A DNA stretch of 63,559 bases, counting the filler, from Sluysia triapertura (taxonomy: Eukaryota): assembly GCA_046118255.1 (NCBI GenBank). It is 5 parts of 5 records of this genome, joined end to end, with 100 filler letters (N's around TTAATTAATTAA, not from the genome) between each part and the next. Parts side by side here need not be neighbours in the genome. Positions count along the whole stretch, not along the records: positions 11,831 to 26,303 come from JBJNIA010257737.1; positions 26,404 to 37,590 come from JBJNIA010187689.1; 3 more parts are not named here. The stretch is one strand, 5' to 3'. How positions within the stretch are numbered: the first letter of the stretch is position 1; each line of letters begins with the position of its first letter. The notes under the pieces were generated by a model. It saw nothing but the letters and a program-made list of their open reading frames with translations. It was not told where the DNA came from and made no database searches. Both the position numbers and the translations under genes were made by a program. Below, in pieces: positions 13,551 through 27,295 of the stretch.

Positions 13551-13719
13551 AACATCGAATTTCAATCAATATTCACAGTCCAAGAGTTACAAAACGATCC
13601 TCCAACTAGTCAAGAAATTTCCAAATTCTCAACAAAACCATCATTACAGAATGGAATTTTCTATGACTGTCAACTATCTGGTACTTCCCAACCAGTACTC
13701 GGACAACTCCGGATCAAAG

Positions 13720-14640
13720 CTTTTGAACACATCCATAATGACTCATGCCGGAGCTAAGGCCACATACGAATTACTACACTCAAAAGTAATATGGCCTTCA
13801 ATGCGCAAAGGCATCAAACACTGGTGTAAAGCCTGTTTGATATGTCAATCGATGAAAATCCACAAAAACATCAAACCACAAACGCTTCACTTTCCTACGG
13901 GCCAACTATTCGATACCATACATATGGATATAGTCGGACCACACCTACATTCTAACCATAATGGACCGACACAGTAGATGGCCCGAAGCGTTTCCAATCA
14001 GATCAATCACATCAGACACCATATCCAGAACCTTAATAACAAACTGGATTTCACGTTTTGGTGTCCCTAAAAGGATTGTCACCGATCAAGGAGCTCAGTT
14101 CGAGTCTAATCTCTTCAACAATTTACTTAAACAACTTGGCACTATTAGACTACGAACAACAGCATATCATCCACAATCCAATGGGATGATAGAAAGATTT
14201 CAAAAAACTCCTTGCGCGCACTAACAATCAATCATAATTGGATCGATCTTTATTAGGCTGGCGCAGTATCCCTCACTCCTCAACAGGATATTCCCCAGCT
14301 CAAGTTGTATTAGGAACAAATACAGGGTACCTTTCGTACTATTCGAAACTGATCACCCTACAGAGAAAACTTACTCACCTCTTCTGCGGCAATACTTCAA
14401 TGAGCTAAATAAACCTACATTACACAACGAAGTTCCTCGCATCTTCATATCTAAATAGAAAATTTGTGTGGTTGAAAACAGAAAACCCAAAATCTCTTCA
14501 ACCAAGATACACCGGTCCATACAAAATCAATCATTTCAATACAAATAATAACACTGCTTCAATCAACATCGATGGAAAATCCAAAACAGTAAACTGGTGC
14601 AAATTAAAACTAGCAATCATGCTAGTTGAAGAAGATTCTT
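13720..14640 (+). pseudogene. Gypsy integrase (HHCC, DDE core, GPY/F)
   Basis: HAG.KAT...WPSM....WCKACLICQ; HMDIVGP; RWPEAFP; TDQGAQFES; YHPQSNGMIER; LQPRYTGPY. Confidence 0.92.
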
Positions 14641-14773
14641 ACAATTATACAGCACAAAAATCTGTAACTTTCAATAATACTGCTACATTCCTAAATGAAA
14701 AAGGGTTACATTTAATACAATTGAAGATACCAGACCTCCAACAATAATAAAAAATATACCGCTCCGCTTCTTC

Positions 14774-14790
14774 GGAGGGGGCTGATGTAG
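14774..14790 (+). promoter_or_regulatory. Polypurine tract and start of 3' LTR (TG at 14786)
   Basis: GGAGGGGG-CTGA-TGTAG directly after the end of pol, the typical Gypsy PPT/LTR junction. Confidence 0.75.
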
Positions 14791-15036
14791 TGGTCAACAT
14801 TAATAACCTAAAATTAAAATTAATACCTCCAAGCCAAATCTTGGAGTAATGATAGAGCAATTTGAAATATATGAAAATCATAATGTTATAGAGTTCGTAA
14901 AGACTATAAAGTTTTTCAAGTTAATGACTTTACCTGATACAGTCTTATCAAAAACGATGAATATAAAATTAATCAAGAAAATGTTTACAAGAACTATGAC
15001 GCTACAAAAACTGTAAAACTAACAATCTCTTTTTAC

Positions 15037-16100
15037 ATGACTTTACTAATTGATTTTCGAATAATTAGGAGAGAACTAATGTCAAATAACTCGGTTTTAC
15101 CAAATAATGATAATCTCAAGGTAAATAAGATCAAAACCCGTATCCAATATTTTATTAGCGAATCAATCGAAAGGAATGATAGTCTTCATGGATTAGTTTG
15201 TAGTCAAGAGTACGATCTTACGTCATTTATGAACTATAACTTTCATAAAGAAAATTTTGAAGGAATTCAGGCAGGTATCAACCACATCTCATTATACTTA
15301 TCTCAAGGTAATGTTTTTATATTAGAACTTATTTTATTGTAACTATTACGTTGGTTATACACTTATCATTTATAACAGTTTTATTATTTCAGAAACTGAC
15401 ACAATCAGGATCCTGAAAGAGAGGAGGTGTATAGAAGAAGTTTCAAAATTAAAAAACGTTTTTATTCATATTGTAATATATAGTTATTATTGTTACTTTT
15501 ACGAATTTGATTTTAAACCTGTGAAAATAAGAAATAATTCTAACATTTCATCAATTTTTAATACATCGAAGATAAAAGTTATAGATAAAATTATAACAAT
15601 AACTAACACTCATAAAACCTACTTCGGACACAACGATAAAGTTTTTAATATAAACATAAAATTAAGTCCAAGAGTTATCTATACGATGATAACAAATGTA
15701 ATAAGCCCTTTATCTCTCGAAAACTTAATAAATTTTTGTGGACAAATCAAAAATTGTATAACAATTAACAAATATGCAAAATTAATATCGAATGAAATCA
15801 AACACATGGCCATCCGAGACAAATATAGGTGTCAGACTAACGCCAACAAAAGACGTTTGCAAACCAATGACACCATATAAAGACTCTCTTTTTCGTAGCA
15901 TTCCTTAGGAATATTAATCACTGGATTACCAGAGAACCCGTAAGTAAATTTTAAATCATAAATTTATTGAAGTTAAGCAATAAATTCATCAATTATTTAC
16001 TGTTATTAATAAATTTTAGACAATTAGAGTTTGTTTTCATTAGAGATTAAAAGGAGAATTCAAATTGATAGTGTACATATAAAAGCACTTCCGTTTCTCA
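15037..16100 (+). pseudogene. Decayed gene-like region of unknown family with short GT-AG introns
   Basis: ORFs 15037-15342 and 15521-15880. Candidate introns 15308-15392 (AAG|gtaatg...tttcag) and 15940-16019 (CCC|gtaagt...ttttag). The 3' part is homologous to 5400-5625. Confidence 0.4.
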
Positions 16101-17649
16101 ATCAGAGATGTGTAAACTCTGATCTTTATAATAACTTTATTATTGAATTAAGACTTTACAAAAAATAATTTTACAGTAATTCTGCCTGGTCAATATAGAA
16201 GAAAATTTTTAAGAAAAGATTTAAGCATAAATCTTTATAAACAGTTATATAATTTGACATATTTAAGAGATTAATTAAATAAGTTTAGAAATAAAATATA
16301 ATACTTTATAATTTGTTAGTTCAAATGTTTCAATTTGCATTAAATCTATTTTGTATTCATATTTTTAAAAGTTGTGCTAGATATTATCAAGACAATAACT
16401 AAGGAAATGAATGTTGAATCAGGAAATAAAGTTTTCTATATTCAATATATACATAATTGAATTTATACATTTTGATATATTTTAACTTCCTGAAATTGTA
16501 TAATATGTAAGAATTCCGATGTATAACATTTTTTTAATTTTGACTATTAAATAAAATTTTAAAAAAATACTTTAAAATGTCAAGGTTACATATTAAACCA
16601 TTTAAAGTTTGAATTTGCAAATAAAATAAAATGAAGGCTGCTTATTTTTGTAAGTGGTACTGAAAACATAGAATAATTCAAATACATTTATTTTACTTTT
16701 GTCTGCAATAAATTAAAAACGCACTTTTTTACACTCTACTTTCTAGCATAAACATACTTTCAATGTGTGTCTTTGGTATTCGTATTTTAAATGTATATAG
16801 AGTTTTATTTTAATTTTCTGTTTGCTCTAATATTTTATTTTATTATTATTATGAATGTTTCAGACGATCTTGTCAGAATTTTTACTACAATCTAAATTAG
16901 CGGCGCATTTTTGTTACTTAAACAATTTTCACTATTTATAATTATATTTCCCTTTAATTAATTAACAATTATGAATTAATTCTGTGCATAGAAGGTTCGC
17001 TTATAATTTATGGTTTATATCGTAAGGAAGGCACAAATTATAAGATTTAAGTCAAAAGAGCTGCGAAAGGTTTCCTTAATATTCTTAGTTGTGATTAGTT
17101 TTTTATCAGCTGAGAGTCAGTAATTTAATGGTTGCAAATGTTTTTTCGATAATGCTTATTTATTTACTTTCTAATGTTTACATCTTGTTATTTTATTCTT
17201 AAATAGTTATTTTAAGTTTCAAATTCTTTAAAGTTATTTTAGTAATAAACAAACAAATTAAAAACTAATGATTTATTAAATAAATGGTGAATCTTTAATA
17301 ATACACACAAATATATATTCCAATTAGAATTTTGGATTTCTCCGAAATTGATTCTTAAATTTTAAAAATGAATTTGACCCAAGTATAATACTTGGGATGT
17401 CGAAAATTGTTAATATTTTAAGTATATATTAATGCTAAAAGATTAAAGTATGAACTTAATAACTAAACTTACGAATTCATGGAATAAAAACGAAATCCGA
17501 ATAAATAATTTGTTGAATTTTTTCCACGAAAATCTTGCTATTCTGTAAGCTGTAACCAAATGTAACTATGATAAAATATTGTTTTCACCAAAATCAGAAT
17601 GAACGTAGATCCTCCTTAAACCAATCTACTCGAAAAACAGATTAAAGAT

Positions 17650-18230
17650 ATTCTTGAGAGTGGTATTGTCTAGAATATGGGACGTAAGTCAGTTGCGTAA
17701 TGCGGCGAAAACCAATCGGTGGTAGGTGAGTGAAGTAGGTACCACTCTCCAAACGACTCAGATTAGCAGTATTACTTTCTAAAGATTGAGGAGAAAAGAG
17801 CGAAAATCAGACGGGGGTAGAGGAAACAATAAAGCTATAGAGGTGGGAAATTCTACCGCTTCCACAACGACCTTGCATCCCTTATGCAAATTTGTGACAT
17901 ATAGGGATGAAAAACTATCTACACGAGTCAAAAAAGGAGATCCGTTATCCATTAAGGTGACCTTAGTTACGCCACGGGCAACAACAAGATACAAAGAAGT
18001 GATACTATCAGGAACCTGAGATAAACCGTCTAACGAAAATGAAAGAAAGCTCCGCAGTTAGTGAGAATATGTGGGTGACCAAGTTTAGATTCAACTCAGA
18101 TTTAAGGTTATTTGAGGTAGAAACATAATTACAGAAAAAGACTGGGGTGGCATTCTTATGGCAATGCTTGTCAATATGGACGTAGAAATTCGAGAAATAA
18201 GAAACTAAAATTGTACAAAAAAATAATAAA
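17650..18230 (+). mobile_element. Degraded non-LTR retrotransposon RT fragment (R2/NeSL/RTE-like)
   Basis: GC-richer island. TRVKKGDPLS (GDPLS at 17936-17950) resembles the RGVKQGDPLSP RT motif, and a later GYL resembles F.YLG. No intact YADD. Confidence 0.4.
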
Positions 18231-21200
18231 TTAGTAAGTTAAAAGGTATGAGTTTATATTTAATTTAAATATTTTAGGAAGGTCACTTTTTTCTTTTTAA
18301 GAAAATGGTTGAGGCCTAAATGGCTTTACTGATTCTTTCTCTTTATAAAAATGTCGATTGCGTCGTTGAAATTTAGTCAGGTTTGCTGGAAAGGGGGCAT
18401 GACAAATCCATTTTTGCTAAGATTCTTATGTGGACGTTTAGCTGGGGAGAAAGAATATCAACTCCAGGTTGCTCATCCGAGGATTCAGTTATATAGTCCA
18501 CAATAAAAATATAAGATCGACGAAATACTGCACATGGAACAAGAGGGCAAGGGAGAATAAGAAATGTTAAAAGATGGTATAAACTAAGGAAATGAAATTT
18601 GTGCAGTAAAGGAAGTGTTCTAGCGTAGTACTTCTTTATTGAACGGAAGCATATAGAACAATGTGTGTAGTACATGATTAGCTGAAACAAAAATATATAA
18701 TAAGACGATAAATATAATTATTAATTCCAATATATTAAATTAAGTATTTGTCCTGTGAAAGTAATTTCCTTATTTTAACAAAATTTTAAAAATGCATATG
18801 ACCAAAATTGATGAAAAAACCATCACAATGGTCAAGTATGCAAATATTATTGTTTTATTTTATTTAGATTTTATTGGTAATACGATTTTTTATTTAATGA
18901 GTAGATAAAATTTTGGGATGAAAATTGCTGTTAAGATATAGTTACCTATTGCGATTAAATGTTGAACTTAAACATTAACGGATCTTATTTTCTTAATGTT
19001 AGAGTTTCGATCTGTCTGAATCGTTTTTGTACTTATCGATGATGGTTTTGGGTAATTAAATTGAAATTAACTTTATGTTTGTTGGATAGATAATTGTGAG
19101 GTGTAATTGAATCAAAATAAAATTTGAGTTTGTTTAATGTAAAATTTCTAGAAATAATTTTATTGAGTTTATCTAATGAATATTTGCTGAAATATTACTG
19201 AAGTACCTTTATTAAAATTTTTTTGGTAACTATTAGAAATTAAAAAACTAAAATAATCTTTAAGACATTTAATAAACATATAAACTGTTTTGTTTATAAT
19301 TAAATGTTTAAGTGAAGATAAAATATCAAATGAACGTCGTTGAACATGTTGAGGGTATGACACTAAAAAAATCAAATAAAAAAGAGTAATAATAAAAGTT
19401 AAGATGCAATATTCGATATCCTGTAAAATCCCGAGCATAAGCTGCAACTAATACGTACATAAAGGCAGCATTTTTGAATTGTAGCTAGTATGATGTGCAG
19501 CTTATACTACTAAAACCCAATTCAAATTGAAGATAAGATTATTTATTTATTTCAATTTTCAACATCACACTCCTCAAAACCATCACACTTTTAATTGTCA
19601 ATAAAAGTGAAATTTTCTAGTAATTCTACAAGGTCATGAAAAACTGCAATGTTTGGATCAGACTTGTTCACATTCATTTCATTTTCTTCAATTTCAAGAA
19701 CATCAACGCAAATGATGCAGCTAATACTTGCTGCAGCTTATACGACTAAAAAATACACTTCCATAAAAACGTACTCTGCAGCTAATACTTTATTATAATG
19801 AGCATACATAATAAATGTATGTATCAAATTAATGGTCATTAAAGATCAGTAAATATATTATTGATATTGATGTGTGACGCAGCGTTAAAATGTTGCGCAT
19901 TGTATCAAAAGTTATTATTGAAAATAAGTTTTATATTTGATTAGATTTATATTCAATTTAAGTTAATGTATAGTTGTATTGACAAGTATTATTATAACTA
20001 TGATCTTAAATTGTAATTTTATTATTTTCAAAAAATAAGAATTTGTTTGTCACAAAACTCATTATCTTTGGATAATTGCTTGATAAAAATTCGAAGGAAA
20101 TTTATGTTCAAATTTGATTACTAAAATTGGTCGGCATAAAGTAAGCATATCGAATTCCCGACTTTCTAGCAATTATCCAAACACTGTATAAAGAACCACA
20201 TTTTTCTATCATTCAACACAAGCAGTACAGATTATTATAACTTTTGCTGTAAGAAAGCTGATTTAATACGGTACTGACAAACACTGATTGAGTCTTAAAA
20301 TTCTTTAGAAAAACGGACTAAATTTTATTAAAAGACCCAACTTATTTGTGGTTAGTTTTTATTGATTATTTATTATATTCTTGGTACTAACATTTATTTG
20401 TGATCTGTATTATAACTGAATTTTATTTTATTGAATAATTAATTATCATAAAACACTGATAAATTAATTTTGACTTAATTATTATTTGATTTTTATTGCA
20501 ATATATTGAGATTGAAAGTCATTTAATTGTCTTTTATAATTTAAAGAATATTAAAACGATAAAAGCACAACAATTTTAAGTCGTAATAAATAAAGATTTT
20601 GATTATAGTTTATCAATAAAATACGATTTAGAAATTAATCAGTAATCAAATCATTTTCGTACTAGTTTCCGCTAAATCTAAATCAATTTTAATAATAAGA
20701 ATTAGTCTCAGAAACATATTGGTGTAACATAATTATTTCAAAATTTGTAGCCACTCTTGAATTAGATTGCGATTATCGTATTAATGATTAACATCATCTC
20801 TAACTTTTTATAAAATCAATTATTGAATAAATCACAAAAATAATCTTTTTTCTTTATAAAGCTAATTTTGTTAGTTAATTATACAAATAAGAAAATTTAT
20901 TAAATGATTTTGAATTGGAATTTGGTGATTAGTGGCACTATACATTCTAATTGTCAAGTAGAATGTTCTATTTATAATGAAATGAGTGATATAAATAATG
21001 ATTTTATAAATTATTTATTTATTTGTACAACTTTATGGAATGGGCATTTAATAATGATTATAATAAAACTATAATAATTATGGTTATGATAAGTGGTTTG
21101 ATGATGATGATGATGATGAATTTCAAGGAAGCAGACCTTATTTAGTTATGTTTATAAATCATTTTTATTTTTATTAAAAATAGATCATGTTTTACATTAT

Positions 21201-22051
21201 ACTTTCTTTTATTTCTTACTAAAATAACTTAAAGATATTATTCAGTTGTGAAGATTCTCGTCAATGAAGTTAGATATTTGAAGTATGCCGTATACTGCAA
21301 AATATTATAATCAGACATTTATGATGAATAAATTTAACTAATTATCACTAATAAAAGCCAAATATTAGAAGCCGTTAACACAACTATCAATTGTCAATAA
21401 GTATTACAATGCTAATAATTAATTCTCATAAAACTAATAATTTAAATAAATCACTCGATATATCAAGGGTAGTGCAGCCGAAAAAAATTAAATTATATTA
21501 ATAACAAACATTAAATAATAGAAAAATAGGAGCTTTCACATAACATTCCGTAATCAAGCGTTATTTACTAAAACGTACTTTTTCTTAGTTAAGTTAATTA
21601 AGATTTTAATTAAATAATCTATTTTTAGACTTAATTTTATTTTATATTTAAAGGTTTTATTAAGGTTCTAAAGTTATTCAGTACTTTATAAGTGTTTGCA
21701 GGATAGAATTTCTCTCCTCATCATTTAAATGTCTGTACTTTATTCCAGAACGTTTGATTTCCATGATTTAAAGTTATTTGGACTGAAAAGAAAACTCTAG
21801 ATCCGACCCTGATTACAAAATTAGTCAATTATCTATCTTAATAGAATAGGGAAAAATTTCTAAGCATAATAATGAAGGTGCTTTATCTATACATTCAAAA
21901 GAATTCTGAAATAAGTATGAAAAACATAAAATTATATATTTTCATTAAATATTAAATATTCTAGGAAGATTATCTAGTGGTAGACATGAAAAACTCAGCA
22001 AAAGTTGCTTTACAATCGTGTTTGAAATAAAACCGTCATTATTAATTTTAA

Positions 22052-22130
22052 ACTTCATAAAATTGACTGATCCGAAATCGAATCCGGGCCCTCTCGCTGC
22101 TCTCTACCCACTGAGTCACTATTACTATCA
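22052..22130 (-). mobile_element. tRNA-derived SINE head, copy 1 (degenerate)
   Basis: Minus strand has B-box-like GGATTCGATTTC. Shares acttcataaaat.gactgatc.gaaat.gaa.cc.gg.cc with copy 2. Confidence 0.55.
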
Positions 22131-22239
22131 TAATTTTACATGACATTTTAGGCCTTTACCACGACATATCTCACCCAATTCAATTATGTTTGATTCAACA
22201 TCAAAAGGGTATTCGATGTGTGAGCTCACCCAATGTTAG

Positions 22240-22321
22240 ACTTCATAAAATGGACTGATCGGAAATTGAACCCAGGACCTTCTTGCTGCGCAGTTCGACG
22301 TTCTACAATTACACTATCATT
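22240..22321 (-). mobile_element. tRNA-derived SINE head / tRNA pseudogene, copy 2
   Basis: Minus strand gatagtgtaattgtagaacgtcgaactgcgcagcaagaaggtcctgggttcaatttccgatcagtcca has A-box-like and B-box-like (GGTTCAATTTCC) elements at tRNA spacing. Stems are imperfect. Confidence 0.6.
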
Positions 22322-23365
22322 ATTCTACTTTAACATTAAGTAAAAAAGTAAACTTAATATAGATGAAATGACTATACAGTGATCATCAAACACTGAAAAT
22401 ATTATTTTAATGTGATTTAAACAATAGAAAAAAGAAGCATGTATTGTTTCAATGATAAAATATTATAAATCAAATTTGGATGGATGATGATGTATCATTT
22501 TAAATGAGGTACTACTATAAATCCATTATCACGGATTTTATTATGGATATTTTAATGTAACAAAGAACAAATAAGAATATGTTACGATTTTAAAACATTG
22601 ATTTTAGTTGTCGATTTAGAAATTGTTTCATAATGTATATGTATCAAAAGAAAGTTACGCAAACCTAAATTTGTAGATTTATAGTAATGGGGATACTGAA
22701 ATTTGTATATTACAGGGTTAGGTATCAATACAATTAAAATTATTCAAAATATATTTAAAATTATTCAATAATATATTTAAATTTATGAAATATATAATGG
22801 ATAATGAATAACTGCAACTTCCTTCCATCATATTCTCTTCAGCTTAACCCAATTGAAGAATTCAAAATTATATTTTTATATTTTATAAATTATATTTTAT
22901 AAATTTTTATAAAATTTTTAATAATAAATATTTCTGCAATATTATTTTATTTATGTTAAACAAAGAAAAAATAAAATTAAAGATAAACAAATTAAATTAA
23001 GTTAGATTGAAGATGATTACAATTTTATTTATCAATTTTAATGTAATAATAATAAAAATATTTCATCTTACACCAAATTATATATTTTATACTTAACTGA
23101 AATATATAAAAATTGAACTTTAAAATTACTACTTTATTTTATTAAATATGTTTAGTTTAATGAAATGAAAATTCAAGTGTTTTAATTATTATTAATATCA
23201 TTATCATTGTTAGAATTATTTTTTGATTATTACTACTATTACTAATAATAATATTTGAAGTTATTAATTAATTATTACTTATGCCGATGAAATAGACAAA
23301 AAATAACGAAAAGATGGTAAATTATATATATATATTTTAATAATCATTATTAAATTTAATTTTAA

Positions 23366-23406
<41 letters not shown>

Positions 23407-23861
23407 TAATAATAACATATTAAATTATAAATTATCTACTTTTTAAACTCTTTCAATGATTGGAATAATCAAAATTTCTTATTAAATTTTATCAATTGTT
23501 AGAATGGCACTTAGGACCACATATTAGACTTATAATGGTTCATAGGTGGATATAATATTTTGAATAATGTTTTAAGTAAAATACTATTACATATATAAGG
23601 AATAAAAATGCGTTATAGAAAACCTTAGTTTATGGACCTGTTTAGAATAGTCCTTAAAAAAGGCATTGTGAGTTATGATTTTAGATGGGACAAAGACAAT
23701 TTAATTTAGTTAGAATCAAATTAAAGTTGCTGCAACTTAAATTAACATGTCTAAATTTAAACAAGATTTTAATGGTTTATTTAAAATAACCTGTGAAATA
23801 ATTAGCAAATAATTTTAGTCAATTTTAGAAATCACATACGACGTAGACGTTCAAGGGTAAA

Positions 23862-24125
23862 ACAGTTATTTAATTCAATTGTTGAACAAGCTACACTCGA
23901 ATTCTTTGGGACACCAAAACGGAAAATTCAGTTAGAAACTAAAGTTCTGGATTTGGTATCTGTAGTTATTGATCTGATTGGGAACGTGTCGGTTAATTAT
24001 TGTCAGTATGTACGTATACTCTTGTGACGGTTTCAGAGAGCTAACCAAATTGGGAACTGAAGCGGTTCAGGATTGTGAATCTTCATAAATTGACGTGATT
24101 TGATGTTTTACGCATTGAATGCCAT
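23862..24125 (-). mobile_element. Gypsy integrase fragment, same family as 11831-14800
   Basis: Reverse complement ccaatcagatcaataactacagataccaaatccagaac...ttttggtgtcccaaag aligns to ~13993-14073. Translates PSQEYTYILTII...RFGVPK..FECSLFNN. Confidence 0.85.
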
Positions 24126-26303
24126 TTATCAATTTTATTAATTTAAATATGGTAATTATGCATAACAAACAATAAACAAAGAATATTTAACAAAAGGATA
24201 AAAATACTAAATTTAACTGACTTAGTGAAATGAACGCTAAAATTTCAATAAGGTATAATACGATTACCTTATGCCATATTCTATTAACAGAAATAATATG
24301 CGCAAGATGTTTAAAATGACAACATAATAAAATGATATAATAAAATAACGTGATATTTGATGAGCAATGATTTAATAAATGCGTAAAGATCAATTTAATC
24401 TATTAAAAAGCTTTAATTGCATTAGACTGGTTAAGACCTTTTGATGTTTCAGAATGTAAATGGTTCATTTGAAACTTTTTATTGATTTTTTATTTTAATT
24501 TTATTATTAATATTAATAAATTAATTTAATTTAATTTAATAATTTTATTTCTTAAAGAAGGTATTCATAATACGTAATTGAAATGATACCTCTAAGAAAT
24601 AATCAAGTTTGAGAAAACGAGAATGTATTTCTTTATGCAAACTAGACTAAACCTGAATATAATGTAGAAAGGATTTGTATAAATTTTCAATACACACTTC
24701 TAAAGTCAAGAACAGTCATTTTCTGAAACTTCAGTAAAAGTGCCCAATAAATATAATTTATGCAACATTTCGAAGATGAGTTGCGTCGTCAAAAAGTATT
24801 AGCTACGATAAATCAATATCAATTCATTTAACTTAACTCATAACTGGTGGCTAAAAATTCCTAATCGACTGTTTGATGGCAACACAAACAAAGTTATTCG
24901 GTCAAAAAACGTACTATTACGTCAGCGGCTACTGAATAAAAAATGACCTATTACTACGTCAACGGCTCAAATAATTTCCATATTCACTAGATTTAGTATA
25001 ACTTATCACAAAGTTTCTTATTTTAATATTAATATTAATAATAACCAAAAAATTACGTTTTAAATCAATACTTTAATAATTTAATAAAACCAATACAAAT
25101 TGCTATTTTAAGTTTCCGCTTTAGCAATAATAAAAATGACCAAATCACAAAGTTAACAATAATGTTTATAAAAATATTAATGGCACAACAATCTATCCAA
25201 AGAAACCAGAGGCGACACAACACTAAGAAAAATATTCACCATTATTCCTGAATAATAATCAAATATAAATTTCCCAAAACAACACAAAACAATAATTATT
25301 TTAATAAAATACCCCAAAATAATATTATTTGTAATTATAAAATAAATTCAAAAATTACTTAAAGCGTGAATGTTCTCATTTTTATTATTAATTGTTGTCG
25401 TTACTGTTGTGTTGTTATTCCTTGTTATTTCTTTTTATATTTCCTCATCATCCAAGCATTCCCAAATTTATGATTAAACACTTTCTCTCACAAGTCATTG
25501 CAACATTTTTTGAGACTTAATCCGACAATAATAACTTTGACAGACTGTCAAACTTTAGTAGATACAAAACACAAAAAAATATTTACGATTATCTATTATC
25601 TTCCGGTACTCTACTCAATCCACTTTTACTTAAATTAATTCTCAGATTAATATAACAATCATTATTATTGTTAACATACATAAAAAATAATGAATTTAAT
25701 TTAGTTTTCAGAATTGGTTTTCATACCCAATTTTCTTATGGAAAATGTTTAAGCTTCTTATTCTCAAACAAACAATTCTACAAACATTTCAAACTCAGTT
25801 CTAGATTCTCCTCTTCCATAGCAATAATCTCATGTTCAATTTATTGTGTTTGCATCATTTTTTGTGTCTTTAAATATTATTAGTTGTGATAACTCAATAT
25901 TATCTTGGTTAGCTTAAAAGAATCTTAATAGTTTAATTAATGAGAGTATCAAGTATAATTTTGCAGTAATCTTCTTAATTAATATTAATAACTATTATCC
26001 CAAAATTAAGCTATTAAAAATCAAATCAAAACTAAGACAACAATGTACTATTAAACAAAAATCAAAATAGAATTTATTATTATTAATATGAACCTTCACT
26101 AAATAATACTAAAAACAATTAAAATGACAAAAAAAATAATAGAGTTTATGATAATATCAAAGACGCTACAATCTAATTAAGATAAAACAACCAGGAGTGA
26201 CGCAACAGACACTAACAATATCAATGTCTAGAAAATTAATAGTAATTATGCTACTTAAATATTTTTGGGCAACGTAACCAAGAGTAATCACGATTACAAT
26301 AAA

Positions 26304-26403
26304 NNNNNNNNNNNNNNNNNNNNNNNNNNNNNNNNNNNNNNNNNNNNTTAATTAATTAANNNNNNNNNNNNNNNNNNNNNNNNNNNNNNNNNNNNNNNNN
26401 NNN
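26304..26403. other. Artificial contig-joining spacer
   Basis: 44N-TTAATTAATTAA-44N. Confidence 0.97.
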
Positions 26404-27235
26404 TAAATAATTAATGTTGATTGCATCGGTTTTTGTGAAACTGGAATTGTTTTGCTGTCTCTGAGAGATTATTTAATTCAGAATTTACTTCTTTGTTGAT
26501 CACGATCTATAAAACGTTATTGAGTCTATTTTTAACCAAATCTCAGGATGATAATGCATTTTCATATTTTTTTAATTGGTGTTCTTGAATTTTAATAAAT
26601 TCAAAAGCTCTATGTTCATTAACGATATTTTATCACGTTTATTTCTTATTTATTATTCGCGACGCAATTCCGCGTGTGTTAATAATCACATAAAGCACCA
26701 TGTTCATCATTACTATTCATCAAACCGAATTTAGCACTTTGTTTTGAGTAATAAGCTGAAAAGCGGGCAACTCTTCTTCGTCTTGATAAATTGAGCCGTG
26801 ATAGATTTTAAAGACAGTTTCAATGATTTCAAATTTACTGATACAGCTGCATTATGTTAAAGTTGGTAATGATTTTCATTTTCATCTTTCGATAAAGATT
26901 TTATAACATCGTGTGAATAATTTTTAGGATTCATAAAATTCTTCATATATTGCAAATGAACGTTAGGTGCAGAAAACGATTCTAATTGTAATATAGCCAT
27001 TATAACGAATTATTGAAAATGTCATAATGTAAAATTGTTATCCTTTGATATATTAAGTTTAAGTTTATTGAATCATTTTTTGTCATGGTCTAACATATTA
27101 GATATTGATTATAAAAATTTTTAATTAAGTTGCTTCAATGAAATCTTAATTTGTAGGCAGTTCACATTTCATTTGGTTGGCACAAAAAGTCTGCACTTAA
27201 ATTAGATTGTCACAATTTTGATATTAATGTTTAGC

Positions 27236-27295
<60 letters not shown>

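Larger units (their letters stand above)
11831..14800 (+). mobile_element. Ty3/Gypsy LTR retrotransposon remnant (gag-PR-[RT core deleted]-RH-IN, PPT, start of 3' LTR)
   Basis: Domain order gag, protease (FLIDTGA), RT thumb (FLGH...FLGLVNY), RNase H (TTDAS.IAIGAVL, TDHKPL), integrase (DIVGP, RWPEA, RFGVP, TDQG.QFES, TTAYHPQSNGMIER, YTGPY). Many frameshifts and stops. Confidence 0.95.

Noticed and set aside
14850-15880. env gene of the plus-strand Gypsy
   Set aside because: It lies after the PPT/LTR start and shows no signal peptide, furin site or clear transmembrane anchor.
22250-22320. Functional tRNA gene
   Set aside because: Acceptor and D stems pair poorly and a diverged tandem copy shares non-tRNA flank; treated as SINE-derived.
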